Positions 50,570 through 60,012 of a stretch of DNA of 64,000 nt are shown one piece after another. The notes under the pieces are model-generated. The model ran no database searches and was not told where the DNA came from. It worked only from the letters and a program-made list of their open reading frames with translations. The position numbers were made by a program, and so were the translations under genes. The stretch lies in NCBI GenBank assembly GCA_965217865.1, contig CBDCJO010000001.1:32001-96000 (forward strand), in the 5' to 3' direction. Each line of letters starts with the position of its first letter. Positions within the stretch are counted from its first letter, which is position 1. The DNA is from Candidatus Latescibacterota bacterium. GTDB lineage: Bacteria > Latescibacterota > UBA2968 > SICM01.

Positions 50570-51493
50570 ATGGAGAAAAAAGTTGATGTCGTCGGGCTCG
50601 GAATTAGTGTGGTCGATTATCTTGGCATCGTCCCCTTCCATCCGAAGATCGACTCCAGGATGCAATTGCTCGATTTTACCGTGACCGGCGGGGGGACCGT
50701 CGGTACCGCCCTTGTGACACTCGCCAGGTTAGGCGCCTCGACAAGCTTTGTGGGAAAGATCGGCGACGATGATTTTGGCAGATTCTTTCTCAAAAGTCTT
50801 ACATCCGAAGGCGTCGATACGGACCACCTGTTAATCCAGGAAGGGGGTACCTGTCCATTCTCCTTTATCATCGTAGACAGGGATTCCGGGAAGCGGACAA
50901 TACTCTGGTCGGAGAACGACGCCCCTTTGCTGGGCCCCGAAGAATTGAATGAAGAGCAACTGCTGTCCGGGACGTTTCTGTATCTGGATGAATACAACCT
51001 GGAAACCGCGATCCCGGCAGCTCGGATCGCGAAGGATGGCGGCGTGACTATCGTCCTGGATGCCGAGAGCACGAGTCCCGGAATGGAAACCCTGCTTCCT
51101 CTCGTAGATGTCCTGATTGCATCCAGCAACTTCGCCAGAGACTACAGTGGACTCGATGATTTTTCGGAAGGAAGCGCGACTCTAATCCGGGACATGAAAG
51201 ACAAACGGGTATGTGTTACAGGAGGTGAAAAGGGTTGTATTTGTTCCTTCAACGGGGAATCCTTCCATCAGAAAGCCTTCGAGCTCCAGGTGGTGGATAC
51301 CACCGGGTGCGGTGATGTTTTCCACGGAGCGTTCATCTACGGGCTTTTAAAAAAATGGGATTTAAGGATGATTGCAGAATTTTCCTGCGCCGTTGCAGGA
51401 CTCAAGTGCAGGTCTTTGGGCGGAAGGGACGGAATCCCATACCTGGACGAGGTTGAAAGATTCCTGGCAGAGAAAAGACCGATGAAACGTTAG
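50570..51493 (+). CDS. PfkB family carbohydrate kinase
   Basis: GGG....A..LARLG, GKIGDD.FG, VDTTGCGDVF.GA. Confidence 0.93.
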   Translation: MEKKVDVVGLGISVVDYLGIVPFHPKIDSRMQLLDFTVTGGGTVGTALVTLARLGASTSFVGKIGDDDFGRFFLKSLTSEGVDTDHLLIQEGGTCPFSFIIVDRDSGKRTILWSENDAPLLGPEELNEEQLLSGTFLYLDEYNLETAIPAARIAKDGGVTIVLDAESTSPGMETLLPLVDVLIASSNFARDYSGLDDFSEGSATLIRDMKDKRVCVTGGEKGCICSFNGESFHQKAFELQVVDTTGCGDVFHGAFIYGLLKKWDLRMIAEFSCAVAGLKCRSLGGRDGIPYLDEVERFLAEKRPMKR

Positions 51494-51532
51494 TTTGGAG
51501 GGCAACGAGAGGTATCTTTTCAGGGAGGACCA

Positions 51533-51976
51533 ATGGCTAAAGGGGAAAGACCGTCGTTTGAAGAGATCTACATGCAATTCGCACAGATCATCGCCAGGAG
51601 GTCCACGTGCAAAAGGTTGCAGGTCGGGACGGTAATCACCACAACCGACTTCAGGAAAGTCCTTTCCGTCGGCTATAACGGAAACGCGACGGGTTTAACG
51701 AATCGATGCGACCGGGATGAGGTCGGAAACTGCGGCTGCCTGCATTCCGAGGAAAATGCGGTTATCAACTGCGATTCTCCCAGATCCGTCGAGAAAATCG
51801 TATTCGTCACGCATACGCCGTGCACGATGTGCGCAAAGAGGTTGATTAATCTTGGGAGCGTTGTTAAGGTATTTTACCGGGAGGACTACCGTATTCGCGA
51901 TTCGATCGAGTTGCTGGAAAGCTCGGGAATCCAGGTCCACAAATCCGAAGATCAGGATGAGGGGAAGGGGGGTTAG
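51533..51976 (+). CDS. dCMP deaminase-like (ComEB family) zinc deaminase
   Basis: RSTC.R.QVG, GYNG, HSE.NA, PC..C. Confidence 0.9.
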   Translation: MAKGERPSFEEIYMQFAQIIARRSTCKRLQVGTVITTTDFRKVLSVGYNGNATGLTNRCDRDEVGNCGCLHSEENAVINCDSPRSVEKIVFVTHTPCTMCAKRLINLGSVVKVFYREDYRIRDSIELLESSGIQVHKSEDQDEGKGG

Positions 51977-52118
51977 GGCGCTGGCCCCTGACCTTTGACT
52001 CCGATCTTTACATCGAAGGATCGAATGGACCTGTCCCACTTCTGTCAATAGGCTTATCTCGGCCTTTTGAGGCAGTCCCTTGATCTTTCGGTTTCCAATC
52101 TTCAATCTTTTTTTGCCG

Positions 52119-52970
52119 ATGGGCGAACCATTATTCATAAGTCATAAATTCACGGAACCTGGGGGGTTCACATCCGGGATCGAAGGCCCCGCGTGTGATG
52201 CCGAGGGAGTCCTCTACGCGGTTAATTATGCCCGTCAGCATACCATTGGCGCGGTTACCCCGTCTGGCGATTGCAGCGTCTTCATCGAGCTTCCCAACGG
52301 GAGCATCGGGAACGGTATACGTTTCAACAGCTCTGGAGACATGCTGATCGCGGACTACACCAATCACAATATCCTGAAGGTGGACATGGCCACCCGGTCG
52401 GTCTCCGTGGTTGCGCACGAACCCCGCATGAATCAACCGAATGATATCGCGATCCGCTCGGACGACACCCTCTTTGCGAGCGACCCCCTCTGGACGGAAT
52501 CCACAGGTCAGATATGGCGAATCAATCCTGACGGGGCGACCGCGGTTCTCGAAACCTGGATGGGCACCACCAACGGGATTGAAGTGAGCCCCGACGAGTC
52601 TACGCTGTATGTCAATGAGTCGGACCAGAGAAACATCTGGGCATATGATCTGTCGCAGGACGGTGAAATCAGCCGAAAGCGGCTTCTGATACAATTTTCC
52701 GATCATAAAATGGATGGCATGCGGTGTGACGACGGGGGAACGCTCTATGTGACCCGGTTCGGCAAGGGCACGGTCGCAAGGATATCCCCCCGGGGCGAAG
52801 TCCTGGGGGAAATCCAACTCGCGGGGAAAAATTGTACAAACCTGGCCTTCGGCGGAACGGACGGACGGACCTGCTATGTAACACTCGCAGATCGTGGCAA
52901 TATCGAATATTTCCGGACGGATCGACCGGGGAGAAGCTGGAGGCTTTTTGGGGGAAGGCCCTCAGGGTAA
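52119..52970 (+). CDS. SMP-30/gluconolactonase family protein
   Basis: EGP, PND, NGI..SPD, DGM..D..G.LY, TN.AFGG. Confidence 0.92.
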   Translation: MGEPLFISHKFTEPGGFTSGIEGPACDAEGVLYAVNYARQHTIGAVTPSGDCSVFIELPNGSIGNGIRFNSSGDMLIADYTNHNILKVDMATRSVSVVAHEPRMNQPNDIAIRSDDTLFASDPLWTESTGQIWRINPDGATAVLETWMGTTNGIEVSPDESTLYVNESDQRNIWAYDLSQDGEISRKRLLIQFSDHKMDGMRCDDGGTLYVTRFGKGTVARISPRGEVLGEIQLAGKNCTNLAFGGTDGRTCYVTLADRGNIEYFRTDRPGRSWRLFGGRPSG

Positions 52971-53116
52971 GAACCCCAAAGGACCTCCGATTTCACGTTT
53001 GCCGCTTTATACAACGCCGTTTAGCTTAAGTTCGCTGTCCCCAATCCACAATTTGGGTTCTTCAATTTCCGCTTACCGTACACCTCCGCTCACCGTACAC
53101 CTTAGAGGGCTTGCCC

Positions 53117-53374
53117 ATGGAACACGCCACTCAAGTAGCTGAAGTTGTCGGCGGTGTTGTTGCCCTTCTCGTGATTGCCGTAGCTATCTTAGCCGCGACC
53201 AAACGCCTGAAACTCCCTTTCACCGTAGTTCTGGTCATATGCGGAATGGGCTTGTCTTATCTGACCCGGGCATATTCCGATTCCCTTCCGCCCCTTCACG
53301 AACTCGAAATCTCGCCCGGCCTGATCCTCTTCGTTTTTCTCCCGACCCTGATTTTCGAGTCTGCGTTTAATTTA
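53117..53374 (+). pseudogene. NhaP/CPA1 Na+/H+ antiporter, N-terminal fragment
   Basis: LPFTVVLV..G and LILFVFLPTLIFESAFNL, cut at 53374 by an IS end. Confidence 0.88.
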
Positions 53375-53822
53375 GGGAATTATATATTATTTTACCCTTG
53401 ACATGCCGCCTGAAATTGCTTATATTTATATGTAAATAAAGGAGGTTATGTTATGGGAAAAGGGCCTGGAAAGTATTACAGGAAGGGGATTTCGTTATTG
53501 GACCTGACAAAACGTTTTCCGAACGACGGCATGGCGGAAGATTGGTTCGTTCGAATCCGTTGGCCTAATGGTGTTCGATGTCCGGCATGCAAGTCCAGCG
53601 ACGTTCAATCACGTCCAAAAAGAAAGCCTCAACCTTACCGATGCCGGAAATGCCGCAAGGATTTCTCCATGAAAACGGGAACGTTGATGCAAGGATCAAA
53701 TCTCGGGTATCAGAAATGGGCCATAGAAATTTATCTTTTTGCAACTGGAATGAAGGGTACGTCAAGCATGAAGTTGCATCGGGATCTCGGAATAACACAG
53801 AAAAGCGCATGGTACCTGGCTG
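53375..53822 (+). mobile_element. Truncated IS1595-family element (left end, promoter and N-terminal transposase)
   Basis: End GGGAATTATATATT; TTGACA-17-TATATT at 53398-53426; SD AGGAGG; ORF from 53453 with RWPNG..CP.C, YRC..C...FS..TGT, SSM.LHRDLGITQKSAW. The DDE domain is absent. Confidence 0.85.
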
Positions 53823-53934
53823 TTTTCGTTCCGGCGCTTATCATCAACAGAACCGTTCCTGCGACAAGCATAAGCCATCCCCATTCAAGATTGATAAACA
53901 ACCAGATGAAAAGACCGATTGATGTTCCACTAGT

Positions 53935-55766
53935 CCCTATACAAGCGTGAATTTTTCTTGGTTTTAGTAGAAAAAAGTTGAAATGCCCCAGTTTTCAGGC
54001 CTATAGTTGTAGTATGAAAGACAAAAAGAGGCCATCAAAAAGGGGCATTTCAGATGAGAGAATATAGGAAGATTCTTCGGAACAGGGAAGCACGAATTGT
54101 CCGTCGTTTGCGTCGGAAGCAGTGGTGCAGTCAGGTCAAGCCTATGATGTCTGGGGGAAACATCCACTACGAGATAAGTGGGAAGGCCGAGGCGATCACG
54201 TGTGGGGGGATCGGCGCGTTTCACCACATGGTCCGCAGGGTTGGGCTGGTGAAAGAGATTGACCGTCATCTTCATCTTTTGAAAGTGCATTTGCCCTGTC
54301 ACGAATCAGACCACGTTCTGAACATCGCCTACAATGCGCTGGTTGGTGGTCAACGCCTTGAAGACATTGAGCTGCGCCGGCAGGATGCCACGTTCCTGAA
54401 CGCTTTGGGCGCTCAGCGTCTCCCGGATCCGACCACAGCAGGCGACTTTACACGTCGTTTCCGGCCATCGGATATCGAGACGTTGATGGATTGCATCAAC
54501 CGGGTGCGCACCCGGATCTGGAAAAAGCGCGCCAGGGGCGAACTCAAAGAAGCCCTCATCGACATCGACGGCACCCTGGCCACCACTCTCGGAGAACGCA
54601 AGCAGGGCATGGCCCTGTCATACAACGGTATCTGGGGATACCATCCTCTCGTGGTCTCTCTGGCGAACACCAGGGAGGTGTTGTTTCTTGTGAATCGACC
54701 CGGCCATGTGCCCAGCCACGACGGTGCCGTAAAGTGGATCGATCGCGCCATCGCGCTGGTCGCCCCTTTCGCCAAACGCATCTGCCTGCGCGGAGACACC
54801 GGCTTCTCACTCACCCGGCACTTCGATCGTTGGTCGGAAAAGGTCGACTTCGTCTTCGGCATGGATGCTTACCGGGGATTGGTCAAGATCGCCAAATCCC
54901 TGTCACAGAGCGATTGGGAGCCCTTTGAACGACAACCCAAATACCAGGTCAAGACCTCCCAGAGACAGAAACGCGAGAACGTGAAAGCCCGGATCATCCG
55001 GGAGCGCGGCTTCAAAAACATCCGACTTGCCAGTGAACGTGTTGCCGGGGTTTCGTATCGTCCTGCTCGATGCAGGAAGACCTGTCGACTCGTGATCCTC
55101 GAAAAGAACCTGAGCGTCGAACGCGGCGAAAACGCCCTGTTCGATGACAAGCGCTATTTCTTCTACATTACCACCCGAAAAGATCTTACGGCCGCGGAAA
55201 TCGTGAGGCTGGCCAATCGACGGTGCGATCAGGAAAACGTGATTGAACAACTCAAGAACGGGGTCAACGCCATGCGGATGCCCGTCGACAACCTGATGAG
55301 CAACTGGGCTTACATGGTCATGACCGCCCTGGCGTGGAACCTCAAAGCCTGGTTCGCGTTGATGATCCGAAAGCGTGAGCGTCGCGATCAACTTCTGAGA
55401 ATGGAGTTTCGCGCCTTCCTCCAGAATCTGATCTGGATCCCCTGCCAGATCGTGACCCGGGGAAGACAGATCATCTATCGTGTCTTGGGCTACAACCGGT
55501 GGATGACTGACTTCTTCCCGGCCTGGAACAGAATCAGATGGCTCAAACCGGCCTGACTGCCATGTCAGCACCTGTCGTCGTAACATCACAGGGACAAGTC
55601 CGTCCACCCCGGCTAAAACACGTCCGCAAACTCAGTTAATTAGACAATCGCATGCCGAAACAATCACAAAAACAGCCCAGACATCATCTCCACCAAGTCA
55701 CAAGTCTGAAATGCTCCGAAATCTTGTATAACACACCGCTCAACAAGCCTATTCGCTTATTTTAGG
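53935..55766 (+). mobile_element. IS1380-family element, copy 2 (1832 bp)
   Basis: Same ends as copy 1; flanked by a perfect 6-bp duplication ACTAGT (53929-53934, 55767-55772). Confidence 0.94.
54054..55556 (+). CDS. IS1380-family transposase
   Basis: 500 aa; four amino-acid differences seen against 36747-38249 (M/I, A/T, N/H, C/Y). Confidence 0.93.
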   Translation: MREYRKILRNREARIVRRLRRKQWCSQVKPMMSGGNIHYEISGKAEAITCGGIGAFHHMVRRVGLVKEIDRHLHLLKVHLPCHESDHVLNIAYNALVGGQRLEDIELRRQDATFLNALGAQRLPDPTTAGDFTRRFRPSDIETLMDCINRVRTRIWKKRARGELKEALIDIDGTLATTLGERKQGMALSYNGIWGYHPLVVSLANTREVLFLVNRPGHVPSHDGAVKWIDRAIALVAPFAKRICLRGDTGFSLTRHFDRWSEKVDFVFGMDAYRGLVKIAKSLSQSDWEPFERQPKYQVKTSQRQKRENVKARIIRERGFKNIRLASERVAGVSYRPARCRKTCRLVILEKNLSVERGENALFDDKRYFFYITTRKDLTAAEIVRLANRRCDQENVIEQLKNGVNAMRMPVDNLMSNWAYMVMTALAWNLKAWFALMIRKRERRDQLLRMEFRAFLQNLIWIPCQIVTRGRQIIYRVLGYNRWMTDFFPAWNRIRWLKPA

Positions 55767-55938
55767 ACTAGTTATCCATAATGTAACCAGAAAGATTGAA
55801 ATAACAGCCAGGATTAGGACGACACCCCATCTTCTTCACCATTAATCGATCCAAGCAATTCAAGTAAATGTTGTTTCGACATTCTCATATTTCTCCCCTC
55901 CGCATGACCAATGAACTCATTCAAAATAAGGAGATTGC

Positions 55939-56067
55939 GTGAACAAAATCGAAAATAAAGGAAACATCGGTCGAGGAAAGACTAAAACTGGACGAAAACT
56001 AACACCTAAAAACCTCGCCCATGCCATTATCAATACTCCACCCCCAAAAAAGCGACAGCGTTCATGA
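55939..56067 (+). CDS. Small basic ORF (42 aa), possibly IS1595-associated
   Basis: SD AAGGAG plus GTG; MNKIENKGNIGRGKTKTGRKLTPKNLAHAIINTPPPKKRQRS. Confidence 0.45.
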   Translation: MNKIENKGNIGRGKTKTGRKLTPKNLAHAIINTPPPKKRQRS

Positions 56068-56271
56068 CAGTTTGGGGGGTAAAGAGGCAGTAGGGCCTTG
56101 TGATGGAAATATCTCAAGCTCCAGGTGCTCGAAGAAAAACTTGGATTGCCAATAGATAAAGTATGGCAACAGAATACCAAACGTGCAAATCGTGAGAACT
56201 ATCAACCCTAATGACATGCAGAAGAATTCTCCAAAACTCCCCTTGAATACAACTCGACCAATGGAGTGCAT
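56062..56271 (-). CDS. Small membrane protein, DUF898/DUF6693-like
   Basis: F.GS.GEFF....L..LTI.TFGI..PY..YW..KFF; SD GGAGG. Confidence 0.65.
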   Translation of the reverse strand: MHSIGRVVFKGSFGEFFCMSLGLIVLTICTFGILLPYFIYWQSKFFFEHLELEIFPSQGPTASLPPKLS

Positions 56272-56446
56272 ACTGGCATCCCTCCCTGTGGGGGTGACGT
56301 GACCTCCTTTGACACCCTAAGATGGGGATGCCGGGCCAAGTCACCATCACGCAAGAGAAATGCGGGAAAGTTCTACCTATTCGCCTGGATACGGGGAATG
56401 ACCCCATACCGGGTAAAAAACGGCTATTGTATTCAGCAGAGGACCC

Positions 56447-58627
56447 GCGGTTCCCGGTCTCCTTCTATCAACCGTGATAATCGGTCTGATCGTCTCGATT
56501 GCCACGTCCGTTCCCTTCGAAGCAGCTCTGCTCCTGGGGGCGATCTTGAGCGCCACAGACCCCGTGGCCGTGGTCGCCCTTTTCAAAAAATTGGGGGCCC
56601 CTAAACGTCTGACCATCCTGGTCGAAGGGGAGAGCCTTTTCAACGATGCGACCTCAATCGTTCTTTCTAAAATCTTGGTCGGCGTGATCGTTGTCGGGGC
56701 CGCCTCGGCCGGAGGCATTGCCGCAAGCACTTTGGACTTTTTGACCGTTTTCCTGGGCGGGCTCGTTGTAGGCTGGTGTCTTGGGCTGATCACAGGGTGG
56801 ATCCTCGGAAAGGTTGAATCCGATCCCCTCATCGAGATCACGCTTACGACGGTTCTGGCCTATATGTCCTTCCTTCTCGCAGAGGAGGTCTTCCACGCCA
56901 GCGGTGTGATGGCTGCAATCGCTGCAGGACTTACCCTCGGAGGTTGGGGAAGGATGAAGATTTCACCTTCCGTTCGTACCTATTTGGAACATTTCTGGGA
57001 ATACATCGCCTTTGTAGCCAATGCCCTGATCTTTCTGATGGTTGGCCTCCGGGTTGAATTAGCCGCCCTGTGGTCCGTAATCGACCTACTCCTGTGGGTC
57101 TTGCTGGCCATGTTGGTCTCCCGTTTTCTTGTCGTCTTTGGGCTCGTCCCACTGGCCGGGAGACTTCCGGGCGCAGAACCCGTCAGCCGGAGTTATCAAT
57201 CCGTCATGTACTGGGGGGGCCTCCGGGGGGCCATTGCCCTCGCAATCGTCCTGAGTTTGCCGCAATTTGAGCAAGGGGAGGCTTTTGTGACTGTGGTGAT
57301 GGGAGCGGTCCTCTTCACCCTGCTTGTCCCGGGCCTTACGATTGAGCCTCTGGTCCGTTTTCTCGGACTCGATCGCCCTCCCCTGGCCGATCGATTCGCG
57401 AGGGTGGAGGGTGAACATGAAGCCAAACAGCAGGCATTGGATCGGCTGCCCGAACTCTTGACAGGCGGGTTCTTTTCAGGCTCTATCGGCGAACGCCTGC
57501 GGACCCAGTCTGAAACCCAACTTCGGCAGATCCGATCTGAGATCGAGACCCTTCGCAAGACGGGATTGAACAGGGAGAGGGGGCTCCAGCTCCTCTACCT
57601 CAGGGCCTTCGCGGAGGAAAAGTCTCAATACATTGACATGCTGAACAAAGGTCAGCTCAGCGAGGGGGCCTTCCGAGAACTTAGCCTGGTCCTTGCTTTG
57701 CAGATCGACGCCGTTCGTTATTCCGGTTCGATTCAGGATGTAAAAACTTCGAGGTTTCGCCGAAACGTCGAAACCTGGGCGTTGCGGCTGCTGGATTCCC
57801 TCCCCCTCCTTTCTGCCTTGTCGGAGCGGTTGCGCATGGTCCGGATTGCTCAGGACTACGAGGTCGCCTGGGGTCACTGCCGGGGAAGTACGACCGTGCT
57901 CCACCTGCTCGACGAACTCGCAAGCATCCATTCTATGCCCCCCGAGGTTGTGGAGGAGGTGCGACCCCAGTACCGTCACTGGCAGGAGGCCTCGGAGCGC
58001 CAGCTCCACCGGATGGCTGAACAGTTCCCTGAGTTCGTGAATGCCCTTCACGAACGGCTCGGCCAACGGCTCATGCTGTTAGCAGAAGCTGATGCCATTG
58101 AACATCAGGCCGAACACGGGACACTCCCCCACTCGGTTGCGGAGGAAATGGAGGAAAGGATCACCCACGAATTGAGTGCCTTGAGAGGAGGGGAGGTGGC
58201 AAAACTCCGGACCGAACCGACGGAACTGCTGCGAAAGGTTCCTTCGTTTCAAGAGATCCCGCCTCAAGAGTTCGGTGACCTGGCGGCCCGGATGCACATG
58301 CGCACCGTATCTGAAAACGACGCCATCATCAAGCAGGGCCAGGCCGGAGATTCCCTGTTCCTTATCGCAAGGGGTGTGGTTCGCGTCTCTCGTGAGGAAG
58401 AAGGCGTCTCCCGCGATTTGGCCACCCTGATGGCGGGTGATTTCTTCGGCGAAATGGCCCTCCTGCACAGCGAACCCCGGACGGCCACCGTCCTGGCTGT
58501 GACACCTTGTTCCCTCTATGAACTCAACAGTAGGGACCTGGAAGTCGCCATGGAGACATTTCCCAACATCCGACGGGCATTGGAGGAAGCCGATCGGGAT
58601 CGGAAGGCGAGGTTGTCTCAGGGCTGA
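56447..58627 (+). pseudogene. NhaP/CPA1 antiporter with C-terminal cyclic-nucleotide-binding domain, remainder of the split gene
   Basis: Frame resumes at AVPGLLLST; SATDPVAV, EGESLFND, WGGLRGAI; CNBD GDFFGEMALL..EPRTATV. Confidence 0.88.
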
Positions 58628-58685
58628 CAAAGATAGGCTGCTCATTTTTTTTGACTGAGGGCCAGGAAGGGAGGTCAGCCCCCTA

Positions 58686-59471
58686 TTGCTGAAAAAGGCT
58701 CAATTCCAGATGTTCAAACGGCAGGAAGACATGAGACCCGGTCCCGTGAATCGTATCGTGGCACTGGGAGAAAGCACGACGTGGGGATACTCCGTCTCCG
58801 CCAAAGAGAAATGCTGGGTGAACCGGGTGGTTCGAATACTTGAGGAGTTCCAGAGAAATTCCATCGAACTCATCAATAAAGGAATCGGGAGCAATGTCTT
58901 AACGCCAGAATGCCCGGCCTATGGACATTCTAAAAAGCCTTCCGCGCTCGAACGCGTTGAGGAGGACCTGATCAATAATGACCCGGACATGGCATTCCTG
59001 TCATATGGATTGAACGACTCCCGGGGGGGAACCCCGCCTGAAACCTTTCGCCTGGCCTACCAGATCCTGATCGATCAGATTCGAGCTCGAATCGATCCCA
59101 CCATCGTCATCGTCAACACCTACTACATGCACGAAGTCCTTTACGACCACGAAACCTGGGGGAAAAGCAACTATGATGTTACGGACACCTATAACCTTGT
59201 GATCAAAGAGCTTGCCGAAGCGAACAACCTCATCCTGGCGGACGTCTACTCTGCAGAGGTTGGCGTTGACTGGATAGTCGACAATGATCATTGTCATCCG
59301 AATGACCTGGGTCACGCGATCGTAGCCAACAGAGTTTTCGAAGCCATCGTCAGAAACTGCAGCTTCGTCGCACGGGAAATACCGGAGCAGTCCCGGCTAA
59401 GGGAATTTGCTTCAAAATATGGGAATGGACCGGGGCCCTCGCACCCTGAGGATCGATCAGCCGACGGCTGA
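58686..59471 (+). CDS. SGNH/GDSL hydrolase family protein
   Basis: LGESTTWG, NKGIG, YGLND, D.CHPN..GH. Confidence 0.88.
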   Translation: MLKKAQFQMFKRQEDMRPGPVNRIVALGESTTWGYSVSAKEKCWVNRVVRILEEFQRNSIELINKGIGSNVLTPECPAYGHSKKPSALERVEEDLINNDPDMAFLSYGLNDSRGGTPPETFRLAYQILIDQIRARIDPTIVIVNTYYMHEVLYDHETWGKSNYDVTDTYNLVIKELAEANNLILADVYSAEVGVDWIVDNDHCHPNDLGHAIVANRVFEAIVRNCSFVAREIPEQSRLREFASKYGNGPGPSHPEDRSADG

Positions 59472-59585
59472 TGTTGATCTTCTCAAAAACATTCCTGGAG
59501 TGGCGGAAAAAAGAATTAGCCTTTAACACCGCTGGCCTGTATGTCAGTTGAATTGGTGATATGAAAACGTTGGCGGTTGGTTTAA

Positions 59586-59763
59586 CTCCCTCATCCCCTG
59601 TATCCCCTTCTCCCGCTTAGCAGGAGAAGGAGACGATGACATTTATTTTCTATATATTAAAGACCCCGCCATTCCCTCATTAAACAATTAGATCATTTTC
59701 GAACTTCCCCTCTCCCGGCACCCGGGAGAGGGGTGCTGAAGCTTGCGAGGCGGGGTGAGGGAG
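59586..59763. repeat. Palindromic REP/MITE-like element
   Basis: Termini CTCCCTCATCCC / GGGGTGAGGGAG (11 of 12 complementary); internal hairpins CCTTCTCC..GGAGAAGG and CCCCTCTCCCGG..CCGGGAGAGGGG around an AT-rich core. Confidence 0.7.
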
Positions 59764-60012
59764 CACGACGACGTTCCAATTATTATAGCGCCTTTCCGGA
59801 TCGAGGTGGTTCAAGCTTATGCGAAGCGGAGCCCGATATAGGGGGAAGGTCAACAGCATCGGTTATCCGATTACAGCCCGCCGCGGGCCCTCCCGGAAAC
59901 AGGTCATAACCAAGGAAGGCAAAATGTAAAACGAAAAGTCTCGCCCAAAAACAAAGAATGATTCAGGTACTGAAAGTACAGTTTGACTTTAGTAACACTC
60001 CTGGAGTGATTC

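Noticed and set aside
36537-55766. Composite transposon or completed inversion bounded by the two IS1380 copies
   Set aside because: Each copy has its own flanking duplication, and the nhaP halves and the passenger frame on either side of copy 2 are collinear.
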